Below, piece after piece: positions 28,783 through 37,292 of a stretch of 64,000 bases of DNA. Every line of letters begins with the position of its first letter. Positions within the stretch are counted from its first letter, which is position 1. A program made the position numbers and the translations under genes. Source of the DNA: a virus; the IMG/VR virus record IMGVR_UViG_3300042991_000201, positions 9,764 to 73,763 of that record, one strand, 5' to 3'. The notes below the pieces were generated by a model. That model made no database searches. It had not been told where the DNA came from and saw nothing but the letters and a program-made list of their open reading frames with translations.

Positions 28783-29397
28783 TCATATTATGTTTCCATC
28801 AATATAAAATTCATAATTACTTGCTTTAATTGTTTCTATAATACTTTCTTCACTGGACAAATAATCGTATTCTTCCGACAATTTGCTATAAAATTCTTGC
28901 ATAATTGAACGGAAAATTTCTGTCATGTCATTATCCAATTCAACCGAAAAACTTGCACTATACCTGTCACAGTCAAATTTGACAGTCTGCTCATGGCAAT
29001 AATGGTGGGAATATCGGTATAAATCGCCTTCAATTCTATAAAAATTTCGACGCTGAATTGCTTGCAAATCTTTTATACTTGAGTGCAGGTCCACCCATGT
29101 AGGAAATTCCGCTATAATTTTATGTAAAGAATTCTTTGCATAGCTATAATGTCCAGTAAATGATAGGCCAGCTCCTTGACTGCCAAATCCACAAAATTGG
29201 ATATCTTTTGATCGAGTGTCGAATCCTATTATATGCAAAATTTCCACAAATTCATCAAGAATACTTTCGTACCAAAATTCGTCCGATATATTTATATCAT
29301 ATAAAATATCTAGGACATTTTGTTGCACTTTTCCTGACAATTCCGCAAAACTATAAACTGTTGTTTCAATTTTCCGCATGTTCTGCCCCTTTATCAA
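28783..29397 (-). CDS. early-region acidic hypothetical protein (host-takeover type)
   Basis: VYSFAELS...GF.SQG.G.SF.G...EYDYLSS pattern. Confidence 0.6.
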   Translation of the reverse strand: MIKGQNMRKIETTVYSFAELSGKVQQNVLDILYDINISDEFWYESILDEFVEILHIIGFDTRSKDIQFCGFGSQGAGLSFTGHYSYAKNSLHKIIAEFPTWVDLHSSIKDLQAIQRRNFYRIEGDLYRYSHHYCHEQTVKFDCDRYSASFSVELDNDMTEIFRSIMQEFYSKLSEEYDYLSSEESIIETIKASNYEFYIDGNII

Positions 29398-29732
29398 AAT
29401 TCTGAATTAAAAACTACGATTTCGTCATCATAGCCGCAAATTGTAGTACAATCACTCAACCAATCTATAATCGCGGAATTTCGATCATCTATATCGACAT
29501 ACTCCGCGGAGTTAATACCAGTATCATACTCTCGCAAAATATCATCATAGGTACATTCGACAAATTCGCAACAGAGACTTATAGCGTCAAGCTCCATTTC
29601 TTTTCCAGTATCCTCTTCGTATTGTTCCAAATAGTCAAACAAGTATCCTAGTCCAGAAAATGAAAATTGATTTGCCCTATTAGCAGCAACAAAGGCCGTT
29701 CGAAATTCATTAAAATTAACTGTTACATACAT
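29394..29732 (-). CDS. highly acidic early protein, possibly anti-restriction or DNA mimic
   Basis: First gene after the early promoter; D/E-rich; LFDYLE...ELD.I.LCC pattern. Confidence 0.5.
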   Translation of the reverse strand: MYVTVNFNEFRTAFVAANRANQFSFSGLGYLFDYLEQYEEDTGKEMELDAISLCCEFVECTYDDILREYDTGINSAEYVDIDDRNSAIIDWLSDCTTICGYDDEIVVFNSEF

Positions 29733-29786
29733 TGTGTACCTGCCTACAATAATCAGTTGAGGACACTATATTTGTCCTATGCAAGT

Positions 29787-29815
29787 ATACTAAGCATAGT
29801 TCGAGTTTTAGTCAA
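29787..29815 (-). promoter_or_regulatory. sigma70-type early promoter
   Basis: TTGACT-17nt-TAGTAT upstream of the first early gene. Confidence 0.55.
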
Positions 29816-29884
29816 GCGAATTCGAATTATTTTAGTTCAATATGAACTAGATATAAATTTTATGTATTATATAGAAGATTTCAG

Positions 29885-30088
29885 TTATCCACAGGTTTAT
29901 GCACAATAGCCTTGACTTATGCACAGGAAACATTTATATTATCCACAGGTTAAACACAATTTGAATCGGCCTGTGTATAAGTCTACAAAACAGCCGAAAA
30001 GAAAAGATAAATTTATTATGTTATTAAACTATATAATTTTTTATACCATGAATTTATTATTCATGTTTAGAATATATTATGTGAATAA
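29885..30088. promoter_or_regulatory. cluster of DnaA boxes
   Basis: TTATCCACA at 29885 and 29939, TTATGCACA at 29897 and 29917, reverse-strand TTATACACA at 29972 and TTATTCACA at 30080, near match TTAAACACA at 29950. Confidence 0.75.
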
Positions 30089-30343
30089 AGTTTTTTGTGG
30101 CATGAAGAATTTATTATGTAGTTAAAAATTCATTATGTTAATAAATATTTTGTTATATGGTAACTTATTCTTGGCATAAATTGTTTATAGCCTCAGTTTG
30201 GCACTATGCCCACTGCCCTGAAGAACCAACAAGTACACCTTAGAAAAATTTGAAGAAACTTTAGAAAAATTCACCAGTACACTTTTGAAAAAAATTGCTC
30301 TCATACATATAGGGAAATTCGTTTTTCCAATTTTCCCTATATA

Positions 30344-30475
30344 CATTATTTTCCCTTTACTGTATAATTATTTTTCTCTTTTGCATAGAATTATTTTTGT
30401 CTCTTATATATAATTACTTTTCTCGCCCGTGCATAATTACTTTTCTGATTTTACAGAAATTATTTTTTTGTCTTT
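30344..30475. repeat. degenerate tandem array with 23-bp period
   Basis: AATTA(T/C)TTTT cores start at 30366, 30389, 30412, 30435 and 30458. Confidence 0.8.
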
Positions 30476-31190
30476 CATATTATTGATTTATTTTGTATAT
30501 AATCTTTATATATTTTTATATCTATTAAGTCTTTTTATCAATATCAATTCATTATAGTATATATAATTAACTATGTTTTATGTTTTATATTATTTATTTA
30601 TTGTATATTTAATTTATTTAATCTCAAGTAATTATCTTAATATCTTTTCATGTATATTAGTCTTTCATATTGCATGATATTTTATTTCATACTGTTATTC
30701 ATGTATATTTTATTCTCTTTCTCGCTTCATATTCTTATTGTATATTTATAATTATATTATTCTCTCTTACTACTCTCTTATATACATTCCCGTTCGTCTC
30801 TCCCTTACTACCCTATTCCCGTGCATTAGATTAGTTTTCTGAATTTCTGGATGAACTTTTTTTCAATTCAATACCCCAGCAGGGACACTCTGTAAGGATA
30901 TGTAGTATTCTATGCTAGTTTGGCCTGTACGAGAAGCTACTTTTTTTCGGAAGCTCTCATATAATCAATATCCTCTACAAAGGTATTCTTTTCATCCTCA
31001 TCAAGTCTGTCAGCAGTGTGAGTTATACCCCTGACAGCCGTATCTCTACAAAAATCCGCTACATGTTTACAATATATAACTTTATCCCGACCCGTCGTCT
31101 GTACGGGGTAGGGAATAATTCCCAAAACATCCCGGACTTCTTTAGATTGATGTAGCCTATGCATACCATAGGCTCTTGTTATCTATCACC

Positions 31191-31430
31191 TTATATACCA
31201 TGACAACCTTCGTAAGACTCCAAATAAATGAAGGGCTTAGGAAGTTGTGCCTCTTCCCTGATTCTTTTATTCAAGGTAAGAAAATACTTAACAAAGTGAG
31301 CAGACGAGTATAAGAATTCCCATCCGCTCTTCTTATACATATACACATCCTCTATGTATCCATGATTATCAAAACACACTTTGAAAGTGTTGCCAGTAGA
31401 AGTATCACGTAATAGCCTAACAATTCCCAT
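31191..31430 (-). CDS. hypothetical protein
   Basis: ORF with an AGGAG RBS. Confidence 0.45.
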   Translation of the reverse strand: MGIVRLLRDTSTGNTFKVCFDNHGYIEDVYMYKKSGWEFLYSSAHFVKYFLTLNKRIREEAQLPKPFIYLESYEGCHGI

Positions 31431-31471
31431 ATCTATTTCTCCTACAATAGTTCTGACTTGTATCTAATATA

Positions 31472-32146
31472 CTAAATTCTATCCAGATTGTCAACTCTTT
31501 TCATATCAGAATCGTCAAAGTCCACAGACCCGAATATCTCTCGGCGCTTCTTCTCTGCATCAATGTCATTTCCCTTAGTGCTATCTCCACCAATCTCACC
31601 ATGCAGTTTAATCAAAGCAAGTAGAGCCGCCAATGCCTTCTCTTTTGTGGGGAGGACATAGCGGGTAAACGTTGCGCCCGTCTTGCTATTGATGACGTAC
31701 TCGATATTCTCTATGAGTTGTCTATGTTGCTTAGGTATCTCAGATAAAGGACGAGCATAGTTATCGTCCGTGTAATAATTCCCTATATCGAGATTCACTA
31801 TTGCTTCGTACTGAGCCATAACCCTATGAGGGAGCCTGACTACGGCACTACGCCAGACCTCCCCAAGTATCCTCTGATATGCCTGTTGTACGTTTGGTTT
31901 ATCAATGAGTTTCTTTGCCGCTAATTTAGCATATTGCTTATTTACAGTATCAAATGCCTTCATATATGCGGCGGCACCATCGAAAGACGATTCAATATAA
32001 TAATATACAAAAATTATCTCAGCAGGAGACAACCCCAAGCCCTCCACCAGAGCATTACTATACTCTGGGAGGACTGCCTGTATCTCTTTCTCGTTCTCAA
32101 GGGCTATCTCTTCCATAACTTCGTGGTCAAGTTTATGTTCTTTCAT
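31472..32146 (-). CDS. terS: terminase small subunit
   Basis: F..YY....D...AY.KA...A.KL..KP.V HTH pattern; K..AL..L C-terminal motif. Confidence 0.75.
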   Translation of the reverse strand: MKEHKLDHEVMEEIALENEKEIQAVLPEYSNALVEGLGLSPAEIIFVYYYIESSFDGAAAYMKAFDTVNKQYAKLAAKKLIDKPNVQQAYQRILGEVWRSAVVRLPHRVMAQYEAIVNLDIGNYYTDDNYARPLSEIPKQHRQLIENIEYVINSKTGATFTRYVLPTKEKALAALLALIKLHGEIGGDSTKGNDIDAEKKRREIFGSVDFDDSDMKRVDNLDRI

Positions 32147-32597
32147 GTGTATACTCCTGTAACTGTGCGATTTTCTTGGTATATTCTACACACAGAGTAA
32201 GGAGTTTGTCAATAGAGAAGTATACCCTATTACTACGAGTTGCCATATCACGAAGATTCCGTAAATCCTCTACACTGTAGTGTTCCCGCATCCAGTCAGG
32301 GTATAACTCTGGATCACCCCCAGAACACAGAGCTTGTGCGGCAAGACCCATGGTATGAGCATTACGTTCATCCCATCTCAGAGCGGGAGCGTATGAAGGG
32401 GGGTAATAGTATACCAGCACAAGGCGCTTGGTTATCCCAGAGATAACACATTTTCTATCTCGGAGACGTATATACTTCTTGAACAACTTATCAAGACCTC
32501 GCTCCAGCTTTTCCCGATTGGCTTCTGCTGGATCATTCTTACCCCTCACCCCCCGAGCATTAGTTTTAGGGGTGAGGGTAATAGACTTATAGTTCAT
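32133..32597 (-). CDS. NinG-like protein with degenerate nuclease motifs
   Basis: LDKLF.KYIRLRD..C.ISG...LRWDERNAH. Confidence 0.65.
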   Translation of the reverse strand: MNYKSITLTPKTNARGVRGKNDPAEANREKLERGLDKLFKKYIRLRDRKCVISGITKRLVLVYYYPPSYAPALRWDERNAHTMGLAAQALCSGGDPELYPDWMREHYSVEDLRNLRDMATRSNRVYFSIDKLLTLCVEYTKKIAQLQEYTHERT

Positions 32598-32944
32598 CGC
32601 CCCCTCTCTAGCATTATCTCCTCTGCCCTCGCTATGGCTGTAGCTTCCATGCTATGCCTGTTATTGGTGTTTAGAACCTTCACATAACAGATATCATTTT
32701 CCTCATCATATCCTTCTACCAGATCAGCACCAGTCACACGATAATTCTCGTCTACACAAAACCATACAGAATCAGGTATGACATAAGGCACATCCACATT
32801 ACCCTTGTCGATATGGAAATCCCCATCTACACTAGATGACATATCCGCTACGAATTTATCTGCTTTCTCTTGGGTTGAAAAATAGAATGCACCCATGTCC
32901 TCTTCGTAAGAGTATAGCGTAACTATATAGATTTTATCAATCAT
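32594..32944 (-). CDS. hypothetical protein
   Basis: Probable start MIDKIY with a GGAGG RBS. Confidence 0.5.
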   Translation of the reverse strand: MIDKIYIVTLYSYEEDMGAFYFSTQEKADKFVADMSSSVDGDFHIDKGNVDVPYVIPDSVWFCVDENYRVTGADLVEGYDEENDICYVKVLNTNNRHSMEATAIARAEEIMLERGR

Positions 32945-33190
32945 GCATAACCTCCTTTGCGTTTGGCCCCGTAACCCACTTCTAATAAACACTCTTAGCA
33001 TCATAGTTCATTTCGGGTATCATGTCAAATACTTTATGATAGTAGTTACCTCCTTGACATTGCCTATGAAATTTAGCCGCTTTGACTGCATCATCTTCTG
33101 ATGAATCTATCCCAACTGGAAAACTGTATACATTAGTTCCATATCGATATGCCATTACTAGATATACACGCTATGACTGGGGTATATCAC

Positions 33191-33952
33191 TCATACTTCT
33201 GTTTTCTTTTTTTGTGCTTCAACGAATTCCTGTCTCATTGCCTCTTTACGTTCTCTAGCTTGCTGATGGAAGTATGTATACATTTCTATCCGCATCCTCC
33301 GGCGCTCATCTCTTGGTATCTCCATGTATGTAGGGATATCTACACCCCAATAGTTCAAGAGCTTATCCTCAAACAGATCATAGCTTTCCTGCTTGTAATT
33401 CCTTGGCTCTATGAAGTACATCCTCTTGGCATCTTTCATGTGCCTTACCAGATCACTATGGTTCTGACCCATATACCTATTCATTCGGGTCTTGAGCCTC
33501 CAGCGCCACTTCTGTCTACGTCTATGCACTTCTGGCGCTCTGTCTCGATGCTCTAGATACTCACTATCAATACGACCAAATCCGGGAATTATGACATTAC
33601 GTTTACCAAAGTACAAGGCGAAAGACAGGGCATAAAGGATGGCCTTGGTCATCTTTTTGTAATCGACACGAGATGCCAGTTCTGGTTCACACAGAAAAGC
33701 GAGATTGGCAAGATGTGTATACTCATAATCCTTTGTGGAAATGGAGTCCATGTAAGCATCAAGTCGTTGTGCCCTGTTGCCGTCCTTGTAATACTGAAGC
33801 ATTAGTTGTGTCCTATGTAATACTTGAAGTATTTCTGGACAAGTACGGTAACACATACTCCAGCAAAGAAGCAACAGGCAAAGCAGATATACATTCGATC
33901 TATGAGACTCATTTTGATTCCTTATTTGTGGGTATACGACCAAAGGCATCAC
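33191..33952 (-). CDS. hypothetical basic protein
   Basis: ORF; the true start is probably internal. Confidence 0.4.
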   Translation of the reverse strand: MMPLVVYPQIRNQNESHRSNVYLLCLLLLCWSMCYRTCPEILQVLHRTQLMLQYYKDGNRAQRLDAYMDSISTKDYEYTHLANLAFLCEPELASRVDYKKMTKAILYALSFALYFGKRNVIIPGFGRIDSEYLEHRDRAPEVHRRRQKWRWRLKTRMNRYMGQNHSDLVRHMKDAKRMYFIEPRNYKQESYDLFEDKLLNYWGVDIPTYMEIPRDERRRMRIEMYTYFHQQARERKEAMRQEFVEAQKKKTEV

Positions 33953-34238
33953 ACTCCGTTAAGTATTCATCTTCAGTCAATACTTGAGATTCCTTCTGTC
34001 TGATTGCATCTGGGGCGATGGTGGAGAGAGCTTTCTTCAGCCTGTTAAGTTCGTATACTATAGATTTCAGATCGCGGAAGAATGTTCTGTCCTCTGGCTC
34101 TGTTAAAACACAAGTAAACCCTTCTGGCCCTATAAGCAACTCGTAGTATTCACACACCCCAAACAGTTCTCGTTCGTCTGGTGTAGCAACTCGGTATTCA
34201 ACAAGGGACTCGCGGATCATATCGATGTTGGATTTCAT
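33909..34238 (-). CDS. hypothetical protein
   Basis: ORF; L.EPEDRTF.RDL pattern. Confidence 0.5.
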   Translation of the reverse strand: MKSNIDMIRESLVEYRVATPDERELFGVCEYYELLIGPEGFTCVLTEPEDRTFFRDLKSIVYELNRLKKALSTIAPDAIRQKESQVLTEDEYLTECDAFGRIPTNKESK

Positions 34239-34243
34239 ATCGA

Positions 34244-34477
34244 CTACTCCCTAAATCCATTGTAAATTTCAATGGTGTTTTTATTCAGAACGACACGACC
34301 ATATCGTTTGATGAAAGTTTGCAGTTCTTCAATGGTGCTAATCTCTACATAGAGGGGGGTATACAATTCATCCCATTCATCTATAAGCTCTTCATTCTCG
34401 TCAAAATCGAATCCAAGAGCAATCTGCTGTTCCTTATCCAAACTAAACGCATTAGTAACTGTCAACCTGTATTGCAT
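34244..34477 (-). CDS. hypothetical protein
   Basis: Start MQYRL with a GGAGG RBS; TTGACA promoter upstream; VEIS..EEL..F...IEIYN..RE pattern. Confidence 0.55.
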   Translation of the reverse strand: MQYRLTVTNAFSLDKEQQIALGFDFDENEELIDEWDELYTPLYVEISTIEELQTFIKRYGRVVLNKNTIEIYNGFRE

Positions 34478-34539
34478 GTGTGCCTCCATGCAATAGAAGA
34501 TACCACAATACTTATAAAATGTCAAGAAGAAAAACGTGG

Positions 34540-34740
34540 GGCGGCGAGGATATCGATAAGATGCTAGGAGCGAGTGCAAGCGCACTGAACAAGGATAGTG
34601 CGCCATTGCGTTTATTACGTCCATTTGACGGAAAGTACGCACTACCTATAACAAATGTCACCACAGCCCGCCTCGTTAAACTGGTGGGATATTTGCCTGA
34701 AGTATATGGGGTAAAATCTTTGCATACTCCCAGCATAGCC
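34540..34740 (-). ncRNA. candidate structured non-coding RNA (multibranch)
   Basis: Closing stem 34561-34570/34727-34736 plus several internal hairpins; several mismatches become G-U pairs on the minus strand; GC-richer than the flanks. Confidence 0.4.
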
Positions 34741-34888
34741 AAAAAACGGAAACAGTAGCGAAAGCATAAAGCTAGGTAGACCAATAGGACAAGGCAGAAA
34801 AGTGCCGGAAGCGGCGGCGGCGGGGCAATCCTCCTATAATTTTTCCTATTTAGGAGAATAGTAGGATTTATACTTACATAGGGAACTA

Positions 34889-34978
34889 TATAGCACTCTA
34901 TTTTATAGCACTCTATTCTATAGCACTCTATTTTATAGCACTCTATTCTATAGCACTCTATTCTATAGCACTCTATTT
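34889..34978. repeat. 15-bp tandem repeat x6 (TATAGCACTCTATTY)
   Basis: Units start at 34889, 34904, 34919, 34934, 34949 and 34964. Confidence 0.95.
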
Positions 34979-35175
34979 ATATTATATCTATAGTCTATTC
35001 TAAGTATCCTAGTTTCTCAAGTATTCAAATCTCAAATTTATATTATATAGTTTTTATTAGGAATTTATGACCATGAACGAAGTGAATGGTCTAGGACAAA
35101 GATAAATACGAAGTATTTTCTGAAGTCCTATATTCTCTTATATTCTCTTCTCTTATATTATATTATATTAGTTAG

Positions 35176-35310
35176 ATGCATTTTCTGCACGGGTCTACAT
35201 GGAAAAATTCATCAAAATCCCTAAAAAGCTATGCACTTTCTGCATACCCATGCACTTTCTGCACGGCTTTTGGGTAAGTCCTTATTAGATGCACTTTCTG
35301 CACGGGTCTA
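35176..35310. repeat. iteron-like repeats ATGCAYTTTCTGCA x4, putative replication origin
   Basis: Copies at 35176, 35231, 35250 and 35289; non-coding divergence point of transcription. Confidence 0.8.
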
Positions 35311-35534
35311 GTAGATTGGAATTTGTTTCCGTCTATCTCTATTGTATATAGGTTCATATAAGTCAGTACCCCCCTTGACATTTTATATGTACTTCATTAT
35401 TGGGATTTCAGGCTCCACATATAGTGGCCGGAAAATTGGAAGAGAATGAGCGAAGTCAGGTTTCGATCATGTATCTTCTATATTATTCTAGTGCCCATTG
35501 ACAGATTTTCAAGAATCTGTTATTTTTATTCGCG

Positions 35535-35660
35535 TTAAGTGGCTGCAACCCCTTGACAATGCTTTCTTGTGACGGCATAATGATAGAGCGTTATTTGATT
35601 CTAAAGGAAGTCGTCACCTTCCTTGAACCTTTGCAGAGGGGAATCAAATAGCGCTTTTCT
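35535..35660 (+). ncRNA. c4/CI-like antisense RNA element in the antirepressor leader
   Basis: 17-bp stem 35585-35601/35641-35657 enclosing loops TCGTCAC and TTGCAG, complementary to upstream GTGACG (35569) and CTGCAA (35543). Confidence 0.65.
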
Positions 35661-35677
35661 ATTTAGAGGGGTCAGAT

Positions 35678-36283
35678 ATGGACAATGACATGAGTGTCTA
35701 TGGAGACAAGAGGATGACAGTTAAGGAAGTAGCAGATATCCTTGGTTATGAGTATGATACCATACGAAAAAAGATCAAGGAACTATTTCCAGAGAACGTA
35801 GAACAGGGTAAGTCTACGTTGCTCACAGAAGTACAGGTGGTTGAATTGAAGAAACGCCTAGTTCCACGCACTGCGGCATTGAAATCCGGGGTTGATTCTG
35901 CATCTACTGAACTCGAAATGAAGCAGAAAACCGTTGAAGTAATGGCTTGGCTTATGGGACAAGTAGAACAAGAAAAAGCCGCTCGTATGGAAGCAGAGCG
36001 TAAACATGCCATATTGATGCACGTTTCAAAGACGTATACCGCTACTGAGATTGCTAAAGAGCTTAATCTGAAGTCAGCACAGGAGTTGAACAGACTCCTT
36101 GTGGATAGGAAAATTCAGTATAAACAGAATAATACTTGGGTGCTGTATTCAGACTATTCCGATTTAGGTTATACTGAAATAAAGCAGAAGGTATTAGATA
36201 CAGGGCGCATCGTATATGATCGACATTTTACTCAGGATGGTCGTGCATTCCTTCTAGGTCTATTTTCTAAGGAATTGGTATGA
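35678..36283 (+). CDS. phage antirepressor (N-terminal HTH plus KilAC/ANT domain)
   Basis: MTVKEVADILG; T.IAKEL...SAQELN..L....IQYK....WVLY...TQ.GR.F. Confidence 0.85.
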   Translation: MDNDMSVYGDKRMTVKEVADILGYEYDTIRKKIKELFPENVEQGKSTLLTEVQVVELKKRLVPRTAALKSGVDSASTELEMKQKTVEVMAWLMGQVEQEKAARMEAERKHAILMHVSKTYTATEIAKELNLKSAQELNRLLVDRKIQYKQNNTWVLYSDYSDLGYTEIKQKVLDTGRIVYDRHFTQDGRAFLLGLFSKELV

Positions 36284-36855
36284 AATCTTCGGATTATGAA
36301 ATGATAGAATATAATGGAATAAAAGTAAATGCCATTTATTATGGAGAAGGGCAACTGGCCCTTATATGCCTTACAGATATATGTAAGTATTTCGGTAGAC
36401 GTATTGATAAATATGTTTCTACTAATTATTGTGATCGAAGTTCATGGGAAGCCTATAGGGGGAAAGGAGGAGGTACTTATGGGTCTAGGGAGGATGCTGA
36501 TGCAATTATAGCTTGGTGTACATACAAACCAGCATCTAAATTTCGCAGATTGGAGTTAGACTTTTTAGATGTGGTAGAAGCAATCCTTCCTAGTATGCCT
36601 CAACGCCCTTTAACTCTGTTACGTCAATATGAAGTTGTTTCCTATCGTTTGGATGGGTACATTCCCGAATGGCAGATCGCTATTGAGTATGATGAGGCAT
36701 ATCATAAGAATAAGTGGCAACAACGGTTGGATGAGGATAGACAAAAAGCAATTATTAAAGCATTACATGGTAAAGTGCATTTTGTGCGGATAGCAGAAGG
36801 AGAGGAAGCAGAAGGCTTGGCAGAAATTATAAAACTTCTGTTGGGGAAGGAGTAG
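36280..36855 (+). CDS. KilA-N-like domain fused to a DUF559-like endonuclease
   Basis: LTDICK...GKGGGTYG; RQYEV..YRLDGY.....IAIEYDE.YH. Confidence 0.7.
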   Translation: MKSSDYEMIEYNGIKVNAIYYGEGQLALICLTDICKYFGRRIDKYVSTNYCDRSSWEAYRGKGGGTYGSREDADAIIAWCTYKPASKFRRLELDFLDVVEAILPSMPQRPLTLLRQYEVVSYRLDGYIPEWQIAIEYDEAYHKNKWQQRLDEDRQKAIIKALHGKVHFVRIAEGEEAEGLAEIIKLLLGKE

Positions 36856-36896
36856 TCCTATGATAAAAGGAGAATTGGAAAATAGTTTTTATTGAA

Positions 36897-37140
36897 GGGT
36901 GTCTGGCAGATCGACACCCTTGGGGGCAAGTAAGAAGTAACTATCATCAATGAATTTGGATTATATTTTGTCATATTTTGCTATAGCAAGGAGTAAATAT
37001 GAGTAATAAGCTACAACTTTTCGGTTTTGAAGCTCAAGATATTAGGGTATTCGTCAGAGGGATGTCTTGTGGGGTACTTAAAGTAACTCATTCTATAATG
37101 ACGAGAGCCAAAAAATTGGCCGTTCTCCTAAATTCTGGGG
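36897..37140 (+). pseudogene. decayed fragments of BRO antirepressor paralogues
   Basis: 36909-36967 matches 37474-37532 (with an in-frame TAA); 36988-37050 matches 37296-37358. Confidence 0.7.
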
Positions 37141-37202
37141 AAAAGTAACTAAACCCCCTTGACTTTTCTGTGACTATGTATTATATTCATGGGCGTACCA
37201 TA

Positions 37203-37292
37203 GATTGATTACGCGAGAGTGACAGCTTACGCAATCAATTAGTCGCTTTTACCCCTCTAAGCCGTCTGTCACCGGCAAGGAGGGGTTTTTTA
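37203..37292 (+). promoter_or_regulatory. two-hairpin leader with complementary loops ending in a terminator
   Basis: Loop GTGACAG (37219-37225) is complementary to loop CTGTCAC (37266-37272); the second hairpin is followed by a T-tract. Confidence 0.6.

Noticed and set aside
29919-30125. 68-aa plus-strand ORF
   Set aside because: It runs over the DnaA boxes and AT-rich repeats, opposes local transcription and lacks an RBS.
34539-34830. tmRNA on the plus strand (5' GGGGCGGCGAGGATATCGA)
   Set aside because: No matching T-arm, acceptor or CCA 3' end and no tag frame; wobble pairs favour the minus strand.
34889-34978. Possible CRISPR array
   Set aside because: The 15-bp units are head-to-tail with no unique spacers, and there are no cas genes.
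36909-37050. BRO duplicates as a DGR template
   Set aside because: The differences are not adenine-specific and include a stop codon, which fits decayed paralogues.
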